From sequence record NC_041869.1: a stretch of 64,000 bases of DNA. One strand, written 5' to 3'. The stretch is from Escherichia phage APECc02. This document shows, one piece after another, positions 56,465 to 64,000 of this stretch. Under the pieces are notes generated by a model. That model worked only from the letters and a program-made list of their open reading frames with translations, was not told the origin of the DNA and did not search any database. The position numbers were made by a program, and so were the translations under genes. How positions within the stretch are numbered: position 1 is the first letter of the stretch; every line of letters begins with the position of its first letter.

Positions 56465-56728
56465 TCAGAAACCCTCTAAAAAGCTCTTGTAGAAAACAAT
56501 CTCAGTATCCACACCAGTCACGATCTTGTCGTTCCTGATTTCATCGGTAAGATAGGTGTCAAAACGCAGAACCTGTGTGGTGTTGTCACACATCCACTCT
56601 GCTGTGACCATGGCGAAAATCTTAGCATCTTCATTATCTGGTGTGAATGTTACCACCTCACCGCATTTAAACTTTTCGATAGGTTGAGTGTTAGCTTTCG
56701 GTTCTGCGATAGTGATTTTTGTGGTCAT
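56465..56728 (-). CDS. small paralog family member C (87 aa)
   Basis: KCGEVVTFTPDNEDAKIFAMV aligns with PCGTVVSCDGDGIQNIVMIV of member B. Confidence 0.55.
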   Translation of the reverse strand: MTTKITIAEPKANTQPIEKFKCGEVVTFTPDNEDAKIFAMVTAEWMCDNTTQVLRFDTYLTDEIRNDKIVTGVDTEIVFYKSFLEGF

Positions 56729-56991
56729 TATTCTCCTCCTTCTTTTGAATAGCTTGTCTCTCCAAGGATGGTAATTTTGGTGTCAAGCTCTGTAACTTTC
56801 ATGTTTGGTGGCAGATCGTACAACTCATTATTTTCTAAATCAAACCCCCACACACAATGTTCTCCTGTTTTGACAATCATAACTATGTTTTGAATGCCGT
56901 CTCCGTCACAACTTACCACGGTCCCACACGGGAAGCTGTCTGCACGCTTTTTGTTCTTCACCTTAGAATTGAATACAATGCTAGTAGCCAT
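56728..56991 (-). CDS. small paralog family member B (87 aa)
   Basis: About 40 percent identical to member A by eye (MAT..F.S..K.KK, GTVV, VK, FDL, LP..VTE.D..I.ILGE). Confidence 0.55.
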   Translation of the reverse strand: MATSIVFNSKVKNKKRADSFPCGTVVSCDGDGIQNIVMIVKTGEHCVWGFDLENNELYDLPPNMKVTELDTKITILGETSYSKEGGE

Positions 56992-57254
56992 TATTGTTCC
57001 TCCACCATAACTTCGCCAAGAATTTCTATGCAGGCATCCATTTCTGTAACAACCAAACTGTGAGGTAGTTCTACAAACACCTTTCTGAACAAGTCAAATA
57101 CCCCAACATATATGTTTGCAGGATGTGATTTTACAACAAGTGCTGTATTCACATCCCCAAGCTCATCAACAAACATCACCACAGTGCCTGGAGCTACGGA
57201 AGACAGATACTTCTTAGTTTTACGGTTTGATGCAAATTTTAACTCTGTTGCCAT
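56991..57254 (-). CDS. small paralog family member A (87 aa)
   Basis: Identical length to B and C; TAATG stop/start overlaps. Confidence 0.55.
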   Translation of the reverse strand: MATELKFASNRKTKKYLSSVAPGTVVMFVDELGDVNTALVVKSHPANIYVGVFDLFRKVFVELPHSLVVTEMDACIEILGEVMVEEQ

Positions 57255-57269
57255 AAATAATCTCCTCCT

Positions 57270-58751
57270 TTATTTAGCGTACTCGATTAATTCCACAGTT
57301 TTCCCAAAGCTCGGGATATAATTTTTATTATACCCCTCGGTGAGAACCCATAAAGTATCGTACTTTTTCCACTTGTTGTCAACAGCCTTTTGTTCAAAGT
57401 TATGCTCAAAGTATAGGTCGGTCAGGACGATGACATCTTTTGCATTCGGTATATTGGCATCCAGATACTCGAACACGCAAGCAGCTGTTGTGCCCCATGT
57501 TGAGTGGACCTCATAGTTGATCATCTCGTCTATGTTGCCGCGAGTGTATACTTTGACCTCTCCAACCTCGGTTGACCAACAGAACATTGTAACCTTAAAC
57601 TCTTTATACAGATTGCACAATCCGGTGATTTCATTGAACATTTTCTTTAAAGTTCTTTGAGAGATCGAGCCAGAAACGTCTAAAGCCACCACAATATCTA
57701 TAGTGTTTTCAGGATTACGACCGGGAACAATAACGTGCTGGTTCTTGTTTATAGCCCCAACTTTTCGCATTGTGCTGGTCAAAGAACCAGATCGGCGACC
57801 AGGTTTTCTGTAGGTCAGTTCAGCCTTTCGTTTAGACAACATGCGTTGCTTAATAATGTCTATATAGTTGATTACAGGCTTACCCCTGTTCTTGACAAAC
57901 TCACGCACCGCCTCAGGGCAACGGCCTCCGGAAGCTTGCATTGCTGCCTCCAGCATGTCACCAGAGTCCTGCATGGCCTGATCTTTATCAGATTGGCTGA
58001 TTACAGGTTGTGGCTGATCATACCCCATAGCCTTTCCAAGATCATCGCTGGTGCCACCGTTCCCACTCATGTGATCATCGGTTTGTCGCTTATCTCCTTG
58101 AGAGTTCTCACCTTTACCGCTCTTACTTTTACCGTTATTCTGATCTCTTTGCTTATCAAGAACTGCATAGACGTTCTCAGCAATCCATCCATGAAACTTC
58201 ATGTCACAGTAGCAGCTGGCTAAGAAGCCAAAAGGCTTACCTTTTACGAACGTAGTGCTTTTCCCTTTCGGGAAGAAAACACAAGGTGGCTTGCTAAAGT
58301 CAACCACAAGACCTGTGTTGATAACGTGATCACAAGCAATATTGAACAGTTCCGGCTCAAAGCTTTTACCACGGACCAGGTGATCACAGATAATATGACC
58401 CACCTCATGTGACAGAAGAAAGGCTACCTCTTTCACAGATTTGGGGGAATAGAAAACTTCAGCCATCTCAAACTGCTCGTCAGTTAGAGAAGCCTTAAGA
58501 ATAGCCTTGCGTTCATCAGCCAACCCCATAATGAACTCAGGACTGTAATAGATGCGTTTATGGTCGGTTGCCATGGTGGAGCACCATGTGTGGTTTTCTA
58601 CGAACTGCAACCCTGACAGCAGTGTGCCATAAAACGGCAGCTTTTCAAGGAGATACATACGTGCAGCCTGCAACATTCTCAGGGCATCATCTTTTTGTGA
58701 GGCAATGATTTCTGAACTTCTGCTATCCATTAAAACTCCAGAAGGGGCCAT
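57270..58751 (-). CDS. metallopeptidase-vWA fusion protein (HExxH N-domain, von Willebrand A C-domain)
   Basis: HEVGH zinc-binding motif; MIDAS-like VVALDVSGSIS. Confidence 0.65.
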   Translation of the reverse strand: MAPSGVLMDSRSSEIIASQKDDALRMLQAARMYLLEKLPFYGTLLSGLQFVENHTWCSTMATDHKRIYYSPEFIMGLADERKAILKASLTDEQFEMAEVFYSPKSVKEVAFLLSHEVGHIICDHLVRGKSFEPELFNIACDHVINTGLVVDFSKPPCVFFPKGKSTTFVKGKPFGFLASCYCDMKFHGWIAENVYAVLDKQRDQNNGKSKSGKGENSQGDKRQTDDHMSGNGGTSDDLGKAMGYDQPQPVISQSDKDQAMQDSGDMLEAAMQASGGRCPEAVREFVKNRGKPVINYIDIIKQRMLSKRKAELTYRKPGRRSGSLTSTMRKVGAINKNQHVIVPGRNPENTIDIVVALDVSGSISQRTLKKMFNEITGLCNLYKEFKVTMFCWSTEVGEVKVYTRGNIDEMINYEVHSTWGTTAACVFEYLDANIPNAKDVIVLTDLYFEHNFEQKAVDNKWKKYDTLWVLTEGYNKNYIPSFGKTVELIEYAK

Positions 58752-58763
58752 TGGCCCCTGTCA

Positions 58764-59804
58764 TTATTTAACGTGTTTGAAAATACCTGCCAACTCGGTC
58801 ATTGTCATGCGGGTGGTCTTCATAAGATCTGTCATAGCTTTCTCCATAATTGGAGATACTACCATAAAGTTTCCTTTAGTGAAACCTTTATTCCAGTCGG
58901 TCACCAGTAGTGGTTTAAGTCCAGCTCCGAGACGTTCACCAGTTAAAGCACAGCATTTGCGAATATACGAACTCTTAAACTGGCTGAACGACAGATCAAC
59001 TTTCATACCTGCATCGTAGAACGTTTGACAATAGAAAGTGTAAGCCTTAGCAACCTCAACATCATCAGGCAGTGCAGGAACCTCTTCTGCAATCTCCTCT
59101 TCGACCTTCTGAGGCTCTTTTTCCTTTTCAGAGTTCTGTTCTTCAATTTCTTCTGTCACAGTTTCGTTTACGATGTCTGAAATGTGTTTGTTGGCTGCAC
59201 GATCAGCCATGAAATTTTTAAAGTCCTGCATTGGTGACATATCTTCTTCCTCTTCGTCAAAAAGTGCTAGTTTATCTTCTTCTGTCCCGTATTGCAAGAT
59301 GAAATCTTCAAAAGTATAATCACCTTTCAACTTCTCCATACGCTCTTCGCTCAGGTGGAGCATCATCTGCTGGACAATTTTTCGATCAGTTTTGTCTTTA
59401 ATCAGGATTGCAGTCTTTTTATCTACCAGACAGTCCTTCAGAGAGTTGCACCTCAATCCTACCACACAACAATTATCAATTGCGTAAGGACCTTCATCAT
59501 CTATCCGCTCCAGAGATGGATAGAAAGGATTTCCCAGCCCGTTTTCATCTGTGTGCATGTCGAAAGGTATAAGAGTGTAGTCGCATACCCCTTCTCCTAA
59601 AAGTTTTTTACCAAATAGGAGGTATTCTTCCCACGACAGGTCGAACTCTATATCTCGTTTCCGTGCATTATTCTGTTTGCGTCTATATTTTTTGAGCAGG
59701 CGCTCTAACTCTTCTGGTGTATAATATTTTTCAAGATTCATGAGTTGTTTCTCGTGCTCTGTAAGTGAAGAAATCGTATCAACTGTCCCAACAGATGTCA
59801 ACAT
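58764..59804 (-). CDS. hypothetical protein with acidic linker
   Basis: ATG at 59804 (track uses TTG at 59807); first gene of leftward operon. Confidence 0.45.
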   Translation of the reverse strand: MLTSVGTVDTISSLTEHEKQLMNLEKYYTPEELERLLKKYRRKQNNARKRDIEFDLSWEEYLLFGKKLLGEGVCDYTLIPFDMHTDENGLGNPFYPSLERIDDEGPYAIDNCCVVGLRCNSLKDCLVDKKTAILIKDKTDRKIVQQMMLHLSEERMEKLKGDYTFEDFILQYGTEEDKLALFDEEEEDMSPMQDFKNFMADRAANKHISDIVNETVTEEIEEQNSEKEKEPQKVEEEIAEEVPALPDDVEVAKAYTFYCQTFYDAGMKVDLSFSQFKSSYIRKCCALTGERLGAGLKPLLVTDWNKGFTKGNFMVVSPIMEKAMTDLMKTTRMTMTELAGIFKHVK

Positions 59805-59814
59805 CAAAAACGTG

Positions 59815-59843
59815 TTGACTTTACGCTAAATCTCCGATATAGT
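59815..59843 (+). promoter_or_regulatory. sigma70-like promoter TTGACT-17-TATAGT
   Basis: In divergent intergenic region 59805-59883. Confidence 0.5.
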
Positions 59844-59883
59844 GCACCCATTCGAAAGAAAACTAACATAGGAGCACTTACTC

Positions 59884-60783
59884 ATGGCAAATCTTAACAG
59901 TTTTAGCACCAGGTGGCAACAGGATATAACAACCAATCTCTCAGCTGGAGATATCCTTTCTGCAATTTACGAAGCTCTGGATGATAAAGCTACTTCAAAA
60001 GCGGTTTGTACCAACCCACTAATTCCTATAGTGATGAAGGTGATTGAGCGTAGATTGGTATCTGGGTCTGATAAGTGGACATATTTAGATAATGAAGGAC
60101 ACACCTATTCCAACGGGTATGTCGATATAAAAGTAGAATACGCGGTATCATACCGCCGGAGCGGTTCTGTAACTTTCAACTTCTCTGGAGGTTTTCGATC
60201 TCTGGCTACTTCACCTTTTGTTTCCTCAGAGGAGAAGTATGAGCTGCCATTTCTTTGGATGATGGCTAACGCGACAGGAAAAACCCCCGTTAGCATCCGA
60301 GTAAAATACAACTACAACGGATCTAGTAAGATCTATGCCGAAAGTGCCTCAGCAAGTTTTTATTTTGTGATGGGAGATGGAATCCTCAAACATATAAAGA
60401 TGTGTGATATGCATGATGTTATAAATGAAGTGACTGATAAGAATGTTCTGGTGAAGGATCTCAACAATTTTTATACACCGGGAGACTATTACGTCAACCG
60501 TCCACTGTGCATCTTTAATGCTGCACACCCTTTAGGTGAGTATTTGATTGCCAATAGTGATATTGCCAATAACCGCTTCGAGGTAGCAAGAGTACAGAAT
60601 GAGGTATTGACATCTTGCAAGAGCGGTGATAAGTTCACCGAAGAAGAGATGGGCGTTTTAGAAATGATGGGATATAAGTGTAGCCTTTGGGTAGATGAGG
60701 TGTTTAATGACGGCATCTATGGACAGGATATTTACCCGTTAAAGAAGTATACTGATTCCAGTTTAATTTGCGCGGAGATTTGA
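59884..60783 (+). CDS. hypothetical protein
   Basis: 299 aa. Confidence 0.5.
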   Translation: MANLNSFSTRWQQDITTNLSAGDILSAIYEALDDKATSKAVCTNPLIPIVMKVIERRLVSGSDKWTYLDNEGHTYSNGYVDIKVEYAVSYRRSGSVTFNFSGGFRSLATSPFVSSEEKYELPFLWMMANATGKTPVSIRVKYNYNGSSKIYAESASASFYFVMGDGILKHIKMCDMHDVINEVTDKNVLVKDLNNFYTPGDYYVNRPLCIFNAAHPLGEYLIANSDIANNRFEVARVQNEVLTSCKSGDKFTEEEMGVLEMMGYKCSLWVDEVFNDGIYGQDIYPLKKYTDSSLICAEI

Positions 60784-60785
60784 CT

Positions 60786-61058
60786 ATGATGAAGGCATGT
60801 GGTAGTGTATACTATGTGGGTGAGAATGTTCAGGCAGATAGCGTGTGGAAATCTATTAAGTCTACCACCGACGATGCCTTCTTGAGCGGACTATGTTTCC
60901 CCAACCCGGGAGACATCCTCCCTCACCCTGGAGATTTTGTTGTTAACAAGATGGACGGTTATACCGTGTGCCTGATGGTTGAAAAAATCTTTTTAGACAC
61001 TAGACACAATCACCGTCTTGTGTTAAAATTTCAAGAATGTAAAATGACAATTGCCTAA
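60786..61058 (+). CDS. hypothetical protein
   Basis: ATG 60786; 90 aa. Confidence 0.4.
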   Translation: MMKACGSVYYVGENVQADSVWKSIKSTTDDAFLSGLCFPNPGDILPHPGDFVVNKMDGYTVCLMVEKIFLDTRHNHRLVLKFQECKMTIA

Positions 61059-61071
61059 GGAGGCCTTACCT

Positions 61072-61428
61072 ATGTCTAAAGTTACTTATCGTGCAGCTAT
61101 TTACTGCAATGAACACCCAATCAATAATGATGGTCACTGTCTTTTTAAAGAAAATCAGTTGGGCTGTATTGTCCTCCCTGATGAAGGGAAAGGTTATCTG
61201 ATTGCATTGACAGGGTTTGAGCCTGAAGCTTTGGAAGCCAACCTGGACTACCTGGTAGAAGAGGGTGCTGCAGACCTGGTTGCCAATGGCCTCTCCATAA
61301 ACCTCGACGAAGTGGAGCGCTTCATGGGCAATTACCGTGTAGTGCGTGAGTTTACTATCGAGGTGGAAACTCCAGAGTGGGGTAGCACTGAAACTAACGC
61401 CGAAGAAAAAGAAGAGGAGGTAGAATAA
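61072..61428 (+). CDS. hypothetical protein
   Basis: ATG 61072 with AAGGAGG RBS. Confidence 0.5.
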   Translation: MSKVTYRAAIYCNEHPINNDGHCLFKENQLGCIVLPDEGKGYLIALTGFEPEALEANLDYLVEEGAADLVANGLSINLDEVERFMGNYRVVREFTIEVETPEWGSTETNAEEKEEEVE

Positions 61429-61685
61429 TGAAAGTGCAGATTTTGACTAATGCCGAGAAGATGTTTATTGAAGATACGCCTTTTGAAGCTGGTGAGCTAC
61501 AGTTCGTTTATTTTGTTGACTTAGATAAGGTGTTCCCTGCACTGAATCTGGGTCTGGATGAAGTTCCTCATAAGGTTTTGTGCCAAGTTGTTCGTGCTTT
61601 AGCGGCAGATGGGGAGTTCCACACTCTTGAAGATATCCAGACCTACGGGTATCTTGAACTACAACGAGAAGAAGAGGTGGATTGA
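61428..61685 (+). CDS. hypothetical protein
   Basis: 85 aa. Confidence 0.4.
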   Translation: MKVQILTNAEKMFIEDTPFEAGELQFVYFVDLDKVFPALNLGLDEVPHKVLCQVVRALAADGEFHTLEDIQTYGYLELQREEEVD

Positions 61686-61687
61686 TA

Positions 61688-62068
61688 ATGGCCCGATGGA
61701 AGACAACAGTTGACCTTCATGATCAGTGGTTAGGACGCATCGCTGAAGACGGGAAACTAGTAGAGTGGGACAATAAGCATGTTAGCGAGTTGGCAAGCAT
61801 TGTGGCTGGCAAGTTACGCTCCAAGTTCCCTGAACAACTGGATCCTGATAATTCAAAGTTCGATCCTGAGTTGGAGGATGTTGTATACTACTTCGATACC
61901 GTGGATGACTACGATGCGTGGCTTGCAGCACGGGAGCTTTACCCACAAGGCTCCGCTATGCGCCAGATGGAAGAAGATTATCCTCCGTGTGAGCAATTCA
62001 ATAGCGCAATGACTTGCCTCTATGATTGGGCAGATAAGAACCTTGTCTGGATTCGAACTGCATTCTAG
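61688..62068 (+). CDS. hypothetical protein
   Basis: ATG 61688. Confidence 0.4.
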   Translation: MARWKTTVDLHDQWLGRIAEDGKLVEWDNKHVSELASIVAGKLRSKFPEQLDPDNSKFDPELEDVVYYFDTVDDYDAWLAARELYPQGSAMRQMEEDYPPCEQFNSAMTCLYDWADKNLVWIRTAF

Positions 62069-62083
62069 TAGGTGGTGGCAGGG

Positions 62084-62377
62084 ATGCCGCTTAGAAGAGT
62101 AATAAACATGTTATACCAGAAACACGAACTTTGTGCAGAAAAAGAGTTAAATTTTGACAAAGTTATCCACAGATATTGTTACGGGAAACCCGGAAGATAC
62201 CTAAAAAGGTGCACTCCAGCATTCTTTCACCCCAGCAGGCGACTAAGCCCTGAAGAAGCAACAGCAGAAAGGGTTGCATACAACTGGGAAGTTGTGTACG
62301 ATATTGACAGATCCGATGTGACATCTGTTTTGGAAAACTTCGAAAACACTTACACACAAGTAGAGGACTTTTACTAA
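62084..62377 (+). CDS. hypothetical protein
   Basis: ATG 62084. Confidence 0.4.
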   Translation: MPLRRVINMLYQKHELCAEKELNFDKVIHRYCYGKPGRYLKRCTPAFFHPSRRLSPEEATAERVAYNWEVVYDIDRSDVTSVLENFENTYTQVEDFY

Positions 62378-63561
62378 TGTCAAGAAACGTATTTGAAAGT
62401 GGTCAAATCACTGTCCGTGAGTTGCCAGCTATCATTCAGTTTGCCCAGCGTCATAACCGATCTGTCCTGATTTTAGGACCAATGGGCGTGGGAAAGAGCC
62501 AGGTGATGAAGCAGATCGCCGATAATATGTTCGGTGAGCGAGATGACAACCTGGTTGACGTGCGGCTGTCAGATAAAGATCCTGCCGACTTATCTGGGCT
62601 ACCTATCCCTGTAGAAGCTGATGGAACTACACGTACAGTGTTTGCAATTCCAGAATTTTGGCCTGCAGATCCGAACTGGAGTGGAATTATCTTTCTGGAT
62701 GAGCTTACTCATGCAGATAACTATCTGCAAAAGGTTGCAATGCAGATTATGCTCGACCACAAGTGCGGCACCTATGCATTCCCTAAAGGCTCTGTTTTTG
62801 TGGCTGCGGGTAACCGTTCTACAGATGGTGCTGTTCTTTCGGCGCTCGAAGCTCCTCTGGCTAACCGCTTTATCATTGTAGAGGTTACAAGCAATGCAGA
62901 GGTGTTTATTGAGGACTACGCATTCCTCAATGGGGTGCACTCCTCTGTAATTGGGTATCTGAAAAGAGTTCCATCAGCTATCGATAATTATGAGGCTATG
63001 GCTGAGATTAATTGTCCATCTTTTGCCACACCGCGATCTTGGGTTGCTGCATCTGACATCTTGCACGATTTTGACAGCGGTATTATTTCTGACGCTATGG
63101 CCCGTGTTCTTCTGCAAGGTGCTATTGGTCACACTGCAGCGGTAGAGATCTGGACCTACCACACCAAGAAACGCAACTTACCGGAAATCGGTCGGATTAT
63201 GGCAGGGGGTTGCAAAGAATACATAGGTCCTAAACAGCCAGACATCTTGTGGATTCTTGGGTCTGAAGGTTGTATCGCTATTCGTAATATGATGGAAAAT
63301 GCAAGTATCTCCGACGAAGATCTTGTTAGCTGTGTGGCAAACTTCCTCGATTTCCTTTGGGAAAATTTCAAGGACGAGAACCGAGATTTTGTATTCTCAG
63401 TCTTTATGGCGATGATGAAACCTAATGCCTTAGGAAATGCCTTGCTTATCGGTAAAGGGCGTGACAAGATTGTTGCTCAGCTGATTAAAGCATACCCAAA
63501 CCTGATGAAGATTGTAAAAGAGTTTGGTGAAGAGTTTAGCGCCATTTTGGCTAAAGCTTGA
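62377..63561 (+). CDS. AAA+ ATPase (MoxR/CobS-like)
   Basis: Walker A LILGPMGVGKS, Walker B IIFLDELTHA. Confidence 0.7.
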   Translation: MSRNVFESGQITVRELPAIIQFAQRHNRSVLILGPMGVGKSQVMKQIADNMFGERDDNLVDVRLSDKDPADLSGLPIPVEADGTTRTVFAIPEFWPADPNWSGIIFLDELTHADNYLQKVAMQIMLDHKCGTYAFPKGSVFVAAGNRSTDGAVLSALEAPLANRFIIVEVTSNAEVFIEDYAFLNGVHSSVIGYLKRVPSAIDNYEAMAEINCPSFATPRSWVAASDILHDFDSGIISDAMARVLLQGAIGHTAAVEIWTYHTKKRNLPEIGRIMAGGCKEYIGPKQPDILWILGSEGCIAIRNMMENASISDEDLVSCVANFLDFLWENFKDENRDFVFSVFMAMMKPNALGNALLIGKGRDKIVAQLIKAYPNLMKIVKEFGEEFSAILAKA

Positions 63562-63570
63562 GGAGGTTGT

Positions 63571-63951
63571 ATGGCTAAAGTAGGTAAGCGGGGAAACTAC
63601 CTGGTAGTATTGACCGAAGAGCCGGAGAAGGAGTACGAATGCAGCTCCACTTGCGTGATCGATATCCGAGAAAAAGATGTAGATGAAATCTGGTTTGAAA
63701 TATTGGACGCTTGCGATAGCAGTGATTATTTCTTCATCTATGTCAACGATAAGGCTGGGTTCTTCCATGACGACGGAGAGTTGCCGTATGAAATCTATGA
63801 ACTTGTAGAGGCTTGCCATCGTGGAGATGCGGAGTTGTTTGGCTTACGGCTGAAAAGCGGTAAATTCTTCTATCAAGATGAGTGCATGAATCTTCATAAC
63901 TTTGTAGAGGGAACTTGCAACGATGGAGAGATTTTGGCACACTACGATTAA
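63571..63951 (+). CDS. hypothetical protein
   Basis: 126 aa, GGAGG RBS. Confidence 0.45.
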   Translation: MAKVGKRGNYLVVLTEEPEKEYECSSTCVIDIREKDVDEIWFEILDACDSSDYFFIYVNDKAGFFHDDGELPYEIYELVEACHRGDAELFGLRLKSGKFFYQDECMNLHNFVEGTCNDGEILAHYD

Positions 63952-63963
63952 TTTCTAAGACCT

Positions 63964-63986
63964 CCCCCGCTTCGGCGGGGATTTTC
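63964..63986 (+). terminator. rho-independent terminator
   Basis: CCCCGC-TTCG-GCGGGG then ATTTTCT. Confidence 0.6.
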
Positions 63987-64000
63987 TATTTGGAGTTATT

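Overview
This 64 kb window reads as a contiguous piece of a tailed double-stranded DNA phage genome, called from sequence motifs and gene order alone (no database search was possible). Layout: (i) 1-7.1 kb is an accessory/early region with a leftward operon (RNA ligase, small unknown ORF, Sir2-like enzyme), a rightward P-loop kinase plus metallophosphoesterase, a palindromic iteron array with an AT-rich tract, and a seven-gene tRNA array, one member atypical. (ii) 7.1-52.5 kb is a rightward late operon: spanin pair, large terminase interrupted by a group I intron carrying an HNH endonuclease, portal, scaffold, decoration and major capsid proteins, connectors, major tail proteins, a tail chaperone with a -1 frameshift site, tape measure, then about 29 kb of baseplate, tip and fibre genes including a lambda J-like protein and several receptor-binding cassettes. 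(iii) 52.6-59.8 kb is a leftward operon with a HAD phosphatase, a tandem array of four small paralogs and a metallopeptidase-vWA protein. (iv) 59.9-64 kb is a rightward operon containing an AAA+ ATPase. No integrase, CRISPR array or rRNA was seen. The candidates I consider most likely to be novel are the tandem small-paralog array, the RNA-repair/Sir2 cluster beside the tRNA array with its atypical tRNA-like gene, and the mixed tail-tip gene content.
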